NCBI RefSeq assembly: GCF_000150275.1 | Contig: NW_002061000.1 | Location: 1 to 14,649, forward strand | From: Trichoplax adhaerens | Lineage: Eukaryota > Animalia > Placozoa | Direction: 5' to 3' | Length of the DNA stretch: 14,649 bases | Shown: one piece after another, positions 1-10,557 of the stretch | Layout of the letters: each line of letters starts with the position of its first letter | Position numbering within the stretch: the stretch's first letter is position 1 | Translations under genes and position numbers: made by a program | Notes under the pieces: model-generated | What the model saw: only the letters and a program-made list of their open reading frames with translations | What the model was told of the DNA's origin: nothing | Databases searched by the model: none

Positions 1-1
1 T

Positions 2-49
2 AGCAGTTGTAACAATAACTATAAAGATGGCTTCAGGCTTCGTTATGCT
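2..49 (+). other. Possible C-terminal end of a CUB-like exon, cut by the window edge
   Basis: Translates SSCNNNYKDGFRLRYA, resembling the CUB terminal GFxxxY motif. No convincing donor nearby. Confidence 0.25.
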
Positions 50-547
50 AAATCATCAATAGAATTGATGTTATTCTGTTATAAAACTGGAATATTCTTA
101 TTGGATTCGATCTTCCAGTTATAAGCTATTCCATAATTCTATTCCTTAATATTTATAACTATGTAGTTGTATTCTTATTCCAATAATTAATGGATAGATT
201 AATTTCTAGAAGTAAATAATTTAAAATGAATCTCTCTACCTCTTCACAGCATATCTTAGCCCGTTCTTTTACTATTTATCAAACTGCAATATTTATATTC
301 TGCTAGTGTATCCTTAGTAACCTTACTTTGTAGCATGTATAAAGTACTTTGGATAGCTTGTCCCCATCTGTATAATATTAAAAATAGGTTTAATCTTAAT
401 GCAAAAATTTATTAACTCAGTGATAATATATGGCACTGTTACGGAGCCATGCTCCAAAATATTAATTGCAATGTTAATTAAAATATCTGATTTAAATTGT
501 TGTTTGGTCCAGTAGCTTATTAGATATTAATATTTATTAATGAATAT

Positions 548-719
548 CTCAACACCTTACTGTATATAGTCATCTGTACTCCAGCATAGAGTCTATACCA
601 CTACAGTCTATAGTTATGGCTACCAAATATCTCTTAGGATAAATATAGAAGTTACGCTACCGTACATTATACTAAACATGGCTAACAGTCTACAATCACA
701 ATACTAAGTTACATCACAG
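548..719 (+). repeat. Interspersed repeat copy A (3' part of the family)
   Basis: Aligns by eye to 8049-8218: shared agttacgct, aacatggctaa and the exact 17-mer aatcacaatactaagtt. Also aligns to the reverse complement of 10558-10730. Confidence 0.8.
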
Positions 720-935
720 CTATAGTTACAATGAAATGATTATGATAGACAATGGATCTCTATAAGACTAAATAAATAATTGGATTATACTAGTGCAAAC
801 TCCCGTCGCTTTGCTGACGGTTTAACTGCAACCACTTTTAAATTCATGACTGAGTTAGTATTAACACCTCAAGATAAGGCTAATACTTAATGTTATTACT
901 TTTCACAATGAATAGTTTTCAATGCGCTGTTAAAG

Positions 936-1048
936 AAACTACAATTATGGAGCTACATCAGACATTATTGTCATTTCTGTTATTAATACCTGTACCGGCA
1001 GTGTAATTATAAAAGCAATGGGCTTAACGAGCACCTTCCGAAATAAAA
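936..1048 (+). CDS. Candidate upstream exon (phase 2-1), domain unassigned
   Basis: taaag|A...AAA A|gtaaat, 113 nt, open frame NYNYGATSDIIVISVINTCTGSVIIKAMGLTSTFRNK. Another frame gives a signal-peptide-like MELHQTLLSFLLLIPVPAV from ATG 947. Confidence 0.3.
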
Positions 1049-1674
1049 GTAAATTTGGTCTAGAATATTCGAATGAGGATATATTTGCTATTAAGGAGTA
1101 AAACTCTCGTTCTGAGATTATTTATAATTTGTTTTAGTTATGAAAACAATATATTGTTACGGCAAGTTGTTTCTATTTTCCTGTTATAATAGTCAAGGCG
1201 AATGATAGCTCTCATCATATAATGATCTTGAATCCGTAAAGTAAATTAAAAGTTTGAACTTTCGCGTGCTTAACAGTGAATTTGCATACACTGGTGAAAA
1301 AATTGCCAATCTGCTGCAAGAGTTTATTGAGCTATTAAAATTAGATATGATGATAATCTTTGCTCTATACTAGTCTTTGTAGTAAACTAAATATCATAAT
1401 ATTTTGTTCGGCAAATAATTGGTTATAGACTGTTTTCATTTATTGCTTCAAACATTGTTACACGCCTAATCATTGAACTCTAGCTATATGTCAGGGTTAA
1501 AGATCAATTCGCATGTGTGGGTGTCGAAAATTTTTCACAGATTCTTAGTCAAAAGTAGAATAAACAATACAATTATAATTATGAGAATTGAATTGTCTGA
1601 ATTTTAATCGTCAAAAATCCTTATTAATTCGGGTTTGTCTTCAGATACGCTAGATAGTATAAATATACTGCTAG

Positions 1675-1777
1675 GTATCTCAAAATATCTCACGCCGTTT
1701 CTACTGGTGACTCGATTTTTCTGGTAATCAAAATGGTAAAAATTATTCTGGAACATATACCCTTGCGTATTATGCTA
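1675..1777 (+). pseudogene. Possible frameshifted CUB-like C-terminal exon
   Basis: ctag|G then YLKISHAVSTGDSIFLVIK. After a -1 shift in the A-run at 1730-1733 it reads NGKNYSGTYTLAYYA, resembling the CUB 'STGxxLxLxF...GFxLxY' ending. Donor poor. Confidence 0.28.
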
Positions 1778-1998
1778 TGTTGCATTCTTAATATGTTTAC
1801 AAGTAAGATGAGAACATTAATATCTATACGATCATTTACACTTTTTAAATTATATTATTTAGAAGAACGCCAAAAGGCTGCTAATATTTTTTCTTGCAGT
1901 TTCATATTATACAATTTGATATACTGCAAATACCAAGTCCATGTAAAAATTAAGTATAGTTTATAGATATAAACAAAGCTATAATACTTTTTTGATAG

Positions 1999-2103
1999 TT
2001 TCGGAAGGCCTTCAATGTGGTAGCTCTTCACAGCAAATTCCGTCCAGTAAATTTTGCGACTGCAAGACTGATTGCCGTAATGGACAAGATGAAATAGATT
2101 GTA
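1999..2103 (+). CDS. LDL-receptor class A (LDLa) module exon, phase 1-1
   Basis: ttttttgatag|TT...TGT A|gtgcgt, 105 nt, SEGLQCGSSSQQIPSSKFCDCKTDCRNGQDEIDC with the CDxxxDCxNGxDExxC signature. Confidence 0.92.
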
Positions 2104-2608
2104 GTGCGTATCGTACTTCATAAAATTGTGCATTATCATTTATATTAATCATTATTCTTCGACTTCTGCTAATGCCAAATTTTTGGATGAGTTATTGCAA
2201 AAAAAACACGCTTTGCTAACTGCAATTAGCGTGTAGATCACGCAAATAATTTTAGAATAGCAGATTTTATTACTGATTCTCTACCGATTGAGATACTATG
2301 TAATAGTACAACAAGCTCTAACAGATAAGGAAAGCTTCATACAACAGTAGATCTTAGAAAAGAAGGACTAAGAATAACAATAGTAGATAAAACGTAGCTG
2401 CTTAAATACGATATCTAACTTGTTTACAGCATAGTGATTCCGAACGAAATCGCATAACACGTACAGAACTTAGTATAAGAATAAAATTCTATGATTACAG
2501 TAGTATTATACTCTGCGAAGCTGAAATCAACATAATTGAATAATCACAAACGATACTTATACACATCTATTATAGTCAACAGCCCTAGATTTTGGTATTA
2601 TTTTTAAG

Positions 2609-2771
2609 TTATATATAATTTACTTCTACATAATGTGTTGACGGCGGCAGCTTATCTAAGAATTTCACTACAGTTATCATGTCCCTCGAATCCACAATTG
2701 AACTTTCGCTTTGCATTTACAATGGCTATAGTTCTACTGTGCATACTCAGATGTGAAATTAAGGCAGCTAT
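2609..2771 (+). CDS. Candidate pentraxin/LamG-like exon 1 (phase 1-2, open frame)
   Basis: tatttttaag|TT...GCT AT|gtaagg, 163 nt, IYNLLLHNVLTAAAYLRISLQLSCPSNPQLNFRFAFTMAIVLLCILRCEIKAA. Phase matches the LDLa exon; domain similarity is weak. Confidence 0.45.
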
Positions 2772-2879
2772 GTAAGGCTAAGCAACATTTTCTTAATACG
2801 TTACATTTCATGATTAAGAATTATTTATCTACGGTTATAAATTGAGGATAAAAAATTAGAAAAATTTAAAATACTCTAG

Positions 2880-2963
2880 TGTAAAGCCTATTCTATCGAT
2901 ATCTATCCAAAGCACGACTATACATATCAAGATCTCCTAACATCACGTTACAGTAAACTACAC
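2880..2963 (+). pseudogene. Candidate pentraxin/LamG-like exon 2 with in-frame TAA (2938-2940)
   Basis: ctctag|T...TAC AC|gtctgt, 84 nt, phase 2-2, VKPILSISIQSTTIHIKIS*HHVTVNY with alternating beta-strand hydrophobicity. Confidence 0.35.
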
Positions 2964-3078
2964 GTCTGTCTAGATAAAACTGAAACCAAACCTTACTGGA
3001 AAATAAGCCATTCTATAGTGAATTTACATAAATATTAGTTTTCAATACATACTGTGGATAATATCTAGATATTTTAAG

Positions 3079-3197
3079 ATTTCGAGACATAAATAGACTG
3101 CACTAAGTACGTGAGTGCATCAATATTCGTACGGCGACGCTTTATTTAGAAGTGCAAATTATAAATCTCGATAATAAAACTTAGACTCGACCTTGTG
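3079..3197 (+). pseudogene. Candidate pentraxin/LamG-like exon 3 with TAA (3104-3106) and TAG (3182-3184)
   Basis: attttaag|A...TGT G|gtataa, phase 2-1, FRDINRLH*VRECINIRTATLYLEVQIINLDNKT*TRPC. Loosely matches the 'DxxWHHVxxxxxxxxxxLYxDG' segment. Confidence 0.35.
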
Positions 3198-5154
3198 GTA
3201 TAATTGGCAAAATATGATTGTGTTGCTAAACTAAATCATTCTGTAACTGATTGCATATAAATTATGATTTTGTTGTAATAATTTAAATAGTCTGATTGCA
3301 GCTAGATAGTCTTTGGTACTTGTAATACGAAGCTAGCATAAGCAAAAAAGTAAAGTTCCATCGTAGTTTACAAGGAACTGCAGCTCTTGTTTAATTGTTT
3401 TTGAAGATGCTTTATTTATTACACTATTTAACGCATTTATGAGGCTATACATACCCATAAATTGCTATTAATGCATTCCTGGATAAGTAATAGTGCTATT
3501 ACGATTCGAAATTCTTTTATTTTTTAATAAGGAAGATTTACTGGAAGTCGCCGGACGAGTGTGAAAGAACTAGAGTAATGAGCTAAACTTTATTGTTCCT
3601 ATTATAACTTATACAGTTAAAAAAGCTAATGGTTTGATAAAGCTTTACTAACGCTATATTGAAAATATCAGACAATTTGATGACAGCCAGACAAAAAGAT
3701 AATGACCGATTTAATTTAAGAATAATGATAACCTATCGTAAAATGCATTTAGGTAACAATTTTACCTATAGCCTCTTCTATACGCTTACATACCCCAAAT
3801 TTTATAATATAGAAATTATATTAATGCAACTAAAAAAATCTCATATCGTAGTACATGTAAAACTATCACTATTAGGAACGTTTTTCCTAAACTAGTAGAT
3901 TACATAAAGACTTAGACGCCACGTTAAACATTAATTCTCAAGAACTAACTTTATTCTTAGATATACCGCATTATATACTCCTTTACAATTGTTCAGATAT
4001 CCTAGTTAGTAATATTAACGTTGAAATCTTCTAATGAATAAAAAGCTAAATTTTACCTACTGCTACCTAATGAAGACAACAGTAATTACGAACATACATA
4101 TCTAATGACTAATACAAAATAGTCAGGTTGCAATATATCCTATTGCGGAATATTTCCACTATAATCTACAATCTACCTTAAGTACTGTAACTTGCAATCA
4201 TAGTGATTTGAATTGTAAGAAGATTATTTCGACTCCTGTAATATCGTTTCCACAGTAATTTTAGTCCACAGAGGAATCCAGTACTATAAAAGCTTTTTAT
4301 TACAAGGTTCTAAAGAATAGTACAGCAATAATTAATTACTCACAAGAATCTAGTCTAAAGTAATCTGAGCTCAATTAGATATCAAATCTTTTCTCCTCAC
4401 CTTTACGCTCAGATTTGTACACCTTATATACTTTTCTCTGAATCTATTTAAGGCAATAACATCGTCTACAATCAGACATGAATCATCACTACATTTTACA
4501 GTATTAATCAAACTGCTACAATATTATTACTTTACCATTAATGTCTAACACCGTAAGGTATTGGGCATCTTTACAATCTTAGTATTTCAAGTCGTATAAA
4601 GTCCTGTACCATAATTAGTTAACAGCTATATTAGTGAATAACACTTTCTAATATAGTAGTTACCAGTCACCTAAATCTAGCAGCACAAGAATATCTATTT
4701 TTAGAAACTTAACTATTCTAAATATAGTACGCAACACAATCAAATATAGCTATCGCTACAAGCAAATATAGGGTGCATCACTACATTCTCCCTAATTTAA
4801 CCACTAATTTAGGGAGTAATTGATTCTCGGGATTTACCGTAACATGTTCCTATATCACTGCCATAAATGCTAGTGCTGTATTTAAACACTACGTATCTAT
4901 ATTAGAAACGCTAAATAAGGGTAAACCAACAAAATTATCCTAATACAGATATTTTTACTCTAATCACGATATTACAGTGTATAGCAATGTAACATTGGCT
5001 ATCAGATACGGCCTTAACTGGAGAATCCCTGTCCTATACTAGAAACGATACAAGTGCACCGTCTCGTACTATTAGACATCCTACTGTGTTGCTACAATTA
5101 GTTGAAATTATTACTTTTCGCTATCTGTATTATAATACATTTCATAATGTTCAG

Positions 5155-5289
5155 GTTTTCGAGTAAAAGGATGAATTAATTCTTTCAATGTGTTATTAGC
5201 TCCATTAAACACAACAAAAATCATGGCTAACATGAACCGTTGCAACAATAGTGGGTGTGCCTTGAAATTCGATGCCAGATTTATCCAAG
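5155..5289 (+). pseudogene. Pentraxin/LamG-like C-terminal exon with in-frame TGA (5172-5174)
   Basis: atgttcag|GT...CAA G|gtttgc, 135 nt, phase 1-1, (G)FRVKG*INSFNVLLAPLNTTKIMANMNRCNNSGCALKFDARFIQ. Fits the pentraxin ending 'GxIxxFNVWxxxLxxxxIxxxxxxCxxxGxxxxW'. Confidence 0.6.
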
Positions 5290-6186
5290 GTTTGCATCCG
5301 GTCTTATTAATAAATTTGACTAAAAATGAAAAAATTTCATTTCTGATTACGTCATTAAATAATATACGATTTTAGTTTGCAAGCCTAATTCATGTAATTT
5401 ATGGGCATCCTCTAAGTCTCTTCATATGAATCAATCCAAAGATGATTGCTGTAAGAACTGCTACATCTATAGTACACCAATAAACGTGAATGTTGCTATT
5501 ATTCATAGTATGTAATTAAAAACGAGGCAGTTTCGATATAACCAAAGCTAGTCCAAAATAGTATACGGATAATTTAATCTAAGTTAGTCATTGTTATTAA
5601 TTTATTGATCTGCAATGCACTAGCAGTAGTTTCCTATGATGCATACTGTAAAATTGTTGTATTTTACTATTATTGTATGTTTTCAGCAAACCAAACATAC
5701 AAAAAGTGTTACAACTTCATATAATTAATTAAAGTACAAACAAATTAACTAAAGATTAGATCTAGACATAAATCCAAAATTAGGTAGTGTAACACCATAT
5801 ATATTGCCTTAAAGGAAAATTGTTTAACTGTAAGGTATTGGATAAAATAGTTGAGTACGTAGTATAATGATAATGTCTGCGATTTGCATATCTATCACCA
5901 CTCCACTTACTTTAAAATGAAAGGCTTTAAAATGTTTCAGGATTTAGAGCTGTAACGATTTCTATTGATACTAGATTTGCAATAGTTAATGAAATGTAGT
6001 TGCTTTCCTATAATAATAATATTTTTGATGTTTAAGAATATTTACGGAATAATTCTAGATCTACCATGTAAAGTCATAATAACTGATAAAACGATAAAAT
6101 TAACATTAGACTGTAATTCTGTCGTCATAAAAATCGGATGTGAGCATGCCAAAGGATCAAAATTTAATTTAAATTTTAATTTCAAG

Positions 6187-6295
6187 TTAAACTACCGTGC
6201 ATTCGAAATTGTATTTGTCGCGACTCGGAAATGATTTGTAAAGATCGTAGTTTGAATTCGGTTTTCAGCGAAGTCATTTGGCCATATCATTCAAT
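6187..6295 (+). CDS. LRR N-terminal cap (LRRNT) exon, phase 1-2
   Basis: atttcaag|TT...TCA AT|gtaaat, 109 nt, KLPCIRNCICRDSEMICKDRSLNSVFSEVIWPYHS with CxxxCxCxxxxxxC followed by xxxxL. Confidence 0.88.
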
Positions 6296-6447
6296 GTAAA
6301 TAGATACCTCATCAATTGAAATTTTGCTAAGGATTTTAAATTTCATTTTTATAATCTTATTTCGTTACAGTATTATAAAATAATTGAACTAAAGTTATAA
6401 TTAATTATAGTAATATTATCGAAAAGGTAGTTGCTCAAATTTCATAA

Positions 6448-6497
6448 NNNNNNNNNNNNNNNNNNNNNNNNNNNNNNNNNNNNNNNNNNNNNNNNNN
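6448..6497. other. Assembly gap (50 N); may hide an LRR exon
   Basis: Run of n. Confidence 0.99.
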
Positions 6498-6542
6498 TAG
6501 TTACTCTTAATAATAATTCACTGCTTATTTGTATTCTTATAG

Positions 6543-6620
6543 CGACTTATATTTTAACAATATCAAAGGAGAGAAGTTATCATCCAAAGTGTTGAGAAAT
6601 TTACCAAACTTATGGGCTCT
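6543..6620 (+). CDS. LRR exon 1 (78 nt, phase 2-2)
   Basis: ttcttatag|C...GCT CT|gtacgt, DLYFNNIKGEKLSSKVLRNLPNLWA(L). Confidence 0.88.
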
Positions 6621-6876
6621 GTACGTCTCATGTAAAATTTTCTCATCCACATCACCTCTTCATCAATAGTCAAATAAGATTTTGAAACGAAATTGCATCA
6701 TACTTTGCATTGCTTTAGTATACTTATACATTTTCCCGACAATTTGCGAAATCCGTCATTTTACAAGTGCCTCAAATGCTCTATCAGTAATTTAGTCTGA
6801 AATATAATAGAAAATAAATTTTAAGATGCCTTGAAGTAACTGACTGAACTAAAAGTGTAAATTGCAAATATATTAG

Positions 6877-6948
6877 TTATTTAGGACAAAATCCTTTAGG
6901 AATTGTCCAAGCTGGCACCTTTAAACACCTGACCAAATTGCAAATACT
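6877..6948 (+). CDS. LRR exon 2 (72 nt)
   Basis: tattag|T...ATA CT|gtaagc, YLGQNPLGIVQAGTFKHLTKLQI(L). Confidence 0.93.
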
Positions 6949-7107
6949 GTAAGCAATTTTACGAAGCTCATCTGAGAATTTAATCAAATTTAGTACGGAT
7001 AATATCGATAGAAGTTTCCTATCTGTGCAACTTAACATATGCTTACAAATATGGCAAGTATTTAAAATCATTATTAAAATCATATGTAATTAAAATGATC
7101 CCAATAG

Positions 7108-7179
7108 GAGCTTATCTAATGACGAAATACACCACCTAGATGAAAAATGTTTCGAGGGATTAATTAATCTACAATATTT
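7108..7179 (+). CDS. LRR exon 3 (72 nt)
   Basis: cccaatag|G...TAT TT|gtaata, SLSNDEIHHLDEKCFEGLINLQY(L). Confidence 0.92.
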
Positions 7180-7324
7180 GTAATATTTTTTAATCATTTA
7201 TTGATAATGTGCTAGCAGACCTGANAATTTTATGATACTTTGCTATAAATGAAGACTGCAAATAATTAGATACTCATATAAAATCTGCGCTCTAAACAAG
7301 ACCAATTTTTTTTTTAATCGGTAG

Positions 7325-7396
7325 AACATTTACTCATAATCCTGTTGTCCAATTTCCAAAGCATGTCTTCAAGCCCCTAAGAAACTTGAAAATTCT
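7325..7396 (+). CDS. LRR exon 4 (72 nt)
   Basis: poly-T tract, ggtag|A...ATT CT|gtgaga, TFTHNPVVQFPKHVFKPLRNLKI(L). Confidence 0.92.
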
Positions 7397-7687
7397 GTGA
7401 GACTGGCGATAGCAGATATAAGATTATATAAGAATAGTACCGTACTGTAATATGTCAGAGCCTTTATTATATTTTCGTTTGCTTATATAATGTTATTGAT
7501 TCTTTGCTACTGAAGTAATTCTTTCGCAATGGTAATTCCGTATGCACGCGTATAATGCTACAATCAATTCTATCAGAATAATCATACATTTGAATTCTGA
7601 TTTTATGCGCCTATATCCTACTAAACATCTTTACACTAATTGTGTAATATATTACTGTGATGAAATCCAATCACGAGAATTCCAAAG

Positions 7688-8218
7688 TTGTAGAAAATTA
7701 GAACTTTATTAGATCTAATACAAAGAGTAGCTGAACACAGCTCTACTCTAGCCAAATACAACTATTGAAGGGCTTCTAGAAAGAACGAAGTGAATAGTCT
7801 AAAGTTGCCAGCTTATATTCATTTCGTAGCAGTCACCGCCACAATCAGCATAACAAAATTCTACCTTAATTTACACGTAGTCAAATTATTATTAGTGACA
7901 ACATTTTACAGCGAACCATCATTAATCCGATATAGAAACAGCTACAGTATTTCCGTAGATATTATTCTTAGCAGTCAAAGTACGGTAAACTAAGCATATC
8001 CTAATATATGAATTATAGTTCTAATTTTACTTCTAGCCCTAATAGTAACTCAGCATCTTACTACATATAGTTATATGTACTAAGCATAGAATCTACCTTT
8101 ACAGTTCATAGTAGCTAGCTACCGAATACGTCTTAATATAAATATAGAAAGTTACGCTTCCGTACTTCTTATTAACATGGCTAAAAGTCTATAATCACAA
8201 TACTAAGTTTCGTTACAG
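7688..8218 (+). repeat. Interspersed repeat copy B (~530 bp, intronic)
   Basis: Colinear by-eye alignment with the reverse complement of ~10558-11085 (blocks gtagaaaatt, tctaaagtt, ttcgtag, tattattag, gctacagtattt, gatattatt, atatgaatta) and with 548-719. Ends approximate. Confidence 0.78.
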
Positions 8219-8768
8219 TTACCCATAACCCTTTCTTTGGATTTATAGACTGCAAATTTAAGGTGCAATAATATTGTGATATTGTGTAGGTTGCAGTACT
8301 GTTGTCAATATTATGGAGCTAGTAATAACAAGTACAAGTATGGTCACGTTGTTAGCGGAAAGGATGTTCCAGTTAAAGTTTCGTAAGAAACTCCAGTAAT
8401 CGTAGAATTTCGTTCTTATACTGAGTCTAAAGTTTAATAAAAGCTGTTCAGTAATTCTTGTTTATGATCTTGGGGTTGTAAGCAGGTTAAGGATATAAGT
8501 AGTTAGGGTAACGCAATGAAGTTTGCTTTTTCGTACTTGAGATTATAGTCTGCAGTTGAAGACTTTTGTTAACGAGTACCTCGTAATAAACTGTTTTATT
8601 ATGAATCGTTTGGAATTAGAATTATTGAAGAACAATGAAGAAGAGATTTATAACACAAGACCTATATGAATAAGCTACTATAGTCAAATAGAACGCGTTA
8701 ATGTCCTAGCGGGGGTCAGATTTAGATGCTATATTAAAATTATCAACGAAAATTTCATTTTCGAGCAA

Positions 8769-8843
8769 AGTGTAAGACCGTAATAGGATCTTAAAATTGA
8801 GGGACTCGTTATAATTTGAAGCACTTACCTCACTTATCTTACT
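8769..8843 (+). pseudogene. Decayed LRR cassette
   Basis: V*DRNRILKLRDSL*FEALTSLIL(L): clear NxIxxL...FxxLTSLxxL pattern, with TAA at 8773 and 8812 and no AG/GT at the expected boundaries. Confidence 0.6.
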
Positions 8844-8937
8844 CTAGTACAAATCGAAATTTGCAATGAAGAAATTAATTGCAACTATAAAGAATTAATA
8901 ATAAAAAAGTTTGTTATCAGGCCCTCCTTCCTGATAT

Positions 8938-8995
8938 TCGACTAGAGAATAACTCTAAGTGTTAACGATCACACATCGTCAGGAGTTTATAATAG
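8938..8995 (+). pseudogene. Possible decayed LRR cassette
   Basis: After a pyrimidine tract: RLENN, frameshift, LSVNDHTSSGVYN. No intact splice sites. Confidence 0.3.
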
Positions 8996-9263
8996 CTACT
9001 AGTCTTTCCTTGGACTTAACTACGAACCCTAATTTTTTTGCAAAATCTGTTAATTTATGGTTAGGTATACATTAGTTATAGTTGCTTAGATACTATAAGA
9101 GTATGTACTCATCTATAAAAGTATGTAAAATATCATCGCTAAATTATTATAACAATTAGTATATTTTAAGATAAGTAATCTTTTGGCGACTATGTTATTG
9201 CCAATCTGAAAAGTTACTCTTTATCGTGCTTAAATTTGATAATATCGTAAATTTCAATTTCAG

Positions 9264-9335
9264 ATTTATAGATACAATTAATCTGATCAATTTAGAACCG
9301 GAAGCCTTGCAACATTTACGACAACTACGGCATTT
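9264..9335 (+). CDS. LRR exon 5 (72 nt)
   Basis: caatttcag|A...CAT TT|gtaagt, FIDTINLINLEPEALQHLRQLRH(L). Confidence 0.88.
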
Positions 9336-9583
9336 GTAAGTAAACTTTATGATTCGATCATATTTACTCGATCCGATGAAAATAACAGTCGTATCGTTTG
9401 ACTCAATCTTGTGTAAAGTCTAGAAAAACTGACATCAATCCCTCAAATTGCAATAGTATTCAAATAGTGTACTGTAGAAAACGATAGCATATCAATTAAG
9501 CAGTTTGGAAGTTACTGGGCTACCTGTCCCATATTGATTTCTGAGAAACCTAGTCTTAAGAGTGCACGGTCTTTTTTTATAAG

Positions 9584-9625
9584 GTTGAAATATTGTTTTC
9601 AAGGTTATATCCAACTGAGAAGATG
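9584..9625 (+). pseudogene. Possible internally deleted LRR cassette (42 nt)
   Basis: ttttttataag|G then LKYCFQGYIQLRR, 30 nt shorter than a standard unit, followed by gc rather than gt. Confidence 0.25.
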
Positions 9626-9722
9626 GCTTCCTTTTTATGCATATACAATTATTTGTCTAGCAAATAGCTCTATTAGAGCACCCTTTATTTTTAATACTGA
9701 AAGCAAGGATATTTTCTTGCAG

Positions 9723-9794
9723 AACTCTTAGCAATTCTTACTTAAGGAGAATCCATAATGGTACTTTTATGAATACGAAAGAACTGACCTATCT
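9723..9794 (+). CDS. LRR exon 6 (72 nt)
   Basis: ttttcttgcag|A...TAT CT|gtacgt, TLSNSYLRRIHNGTFMNTKELTY(L). Confidence 0.92.
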
Positions 9795-9906
9795 GTACGT
9801 CGAACGTTTATCTACATCGATGTTGATATTTTCTACTGAAAATGCCGATCATTACCTCACTATCCAATCTTCATATTTGTATCTTCGAATTTCGTTCTCA
9901 TTATAG

Positions 9907-9978
9907 AAATTTAGCAAACAATAAAATTGACTCGTTAAGTAACTATACCTTTCATGGTCTAAATAAGCTTCGTTTTTT
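9907..9978 (+). CDS. LRR exon 7 (72 nt)
   Basis: cattatag|A...TTT TT|gtaagt, NLANNKIDSLSNYTFHGLNKLRF(L); textbook typical-class LRR. Confidence 0.95.
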
Positions 9979-10258
9979 GTAAGTTTTAAGCTTAAATGAA
10001 GCATTGTGTCAAAGATTCGCTGTCGATTAAAATTTTCTTTAGGGTTATAACATGATCTAATGACCAATTTATGAAGTATTATTTCACTTTAAACATTTTA
10101 TTATATTATATACTTGGTTGTATCGATATATTCTCATAGCAAATGTCCTTTCTTAATCTCGTCTGAAAATAATTGTTCATAGAATATACACGATTGCTAA
10201 AAATCTTCATTCTAGGAAGATTTATTAAAAATATTTAAAACGCTAATGTTTTGCTCAG

Positions 10259-10330
10259 AAATCTAAAATCAAATCCAATCCAATATGTCATCAATAATCT
10301 CAATCTGGTGCTACCAATACTATCGACTCT
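10259..10330 (+). CDS. LRR exon 8 (72 nt)
   Basis: ttttgctcag|A...ACT CT|gtaatt, NLKSNPIQYVINNLNLVLPILST(L). Confidence 0.9.
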
Positions 10331-10473
10331 GTAATTATTTCAAAGGCTGTCTTACTAGTGATAATTTAGCATTACTACCATATTAGCGTATACCTGGAAT
10401 TTTCAGTTGATTATCAATTTATCTTGCAAATCTCATAGCTCATGTGTATTTTGTTTCTTTATTTGTAACTTAG

Positions 10474-10545
10474 TCACATCAGCCAATTTCGCAATACCCG
10501 ATCAGCCGTCAAAGCTATGCGAAATATTCTTCATATGGAAACAAT
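10474..10545 (+). CDS. Divergent LRR exon 9 (72 nt)
   Basis: taacttag|T...ACA AT|gtaata, HISQFRNTRSAVKAMRNILHMET(I). Exact length and phase, weak consensus. Confidence 0.7.
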
Positions 10546-10557
10546 GTAATAATACGT

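Noticed and set aside
250-317. Strong acceptor (ctcttcacag) at 249
   Set aside because: All three frames stop within about 70 nt, with no clear donor or motif.
1855-2139. 94-aa minus-strand ORF
   Set aside because: Antisense shadow of the LDLa exon; no recognisable motif.
3659-3895. 78-aa plus-strand ORF
   Set aside because: Non-ATG start, AT-rich low-information translation, no splice or domain support.
5989-6234. 81-aa plus-strand ORF
   Set aside because: Mostly intron and overlaps the LRRNT exon in the wrong frame.
6877-7083. 68-aa minus-strand ORF
   Set aside because: Antisense to LRR exon 2 plus intron.
7790-7993. 67-aa plus-strand ORF
   Set aside because: Lies inside repeat copy B; no transposase or reverse transcriptase motif.
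9852-10067. 71-aa minus-strand ORF
   Set aside because: Antisense to LRR exon 7.
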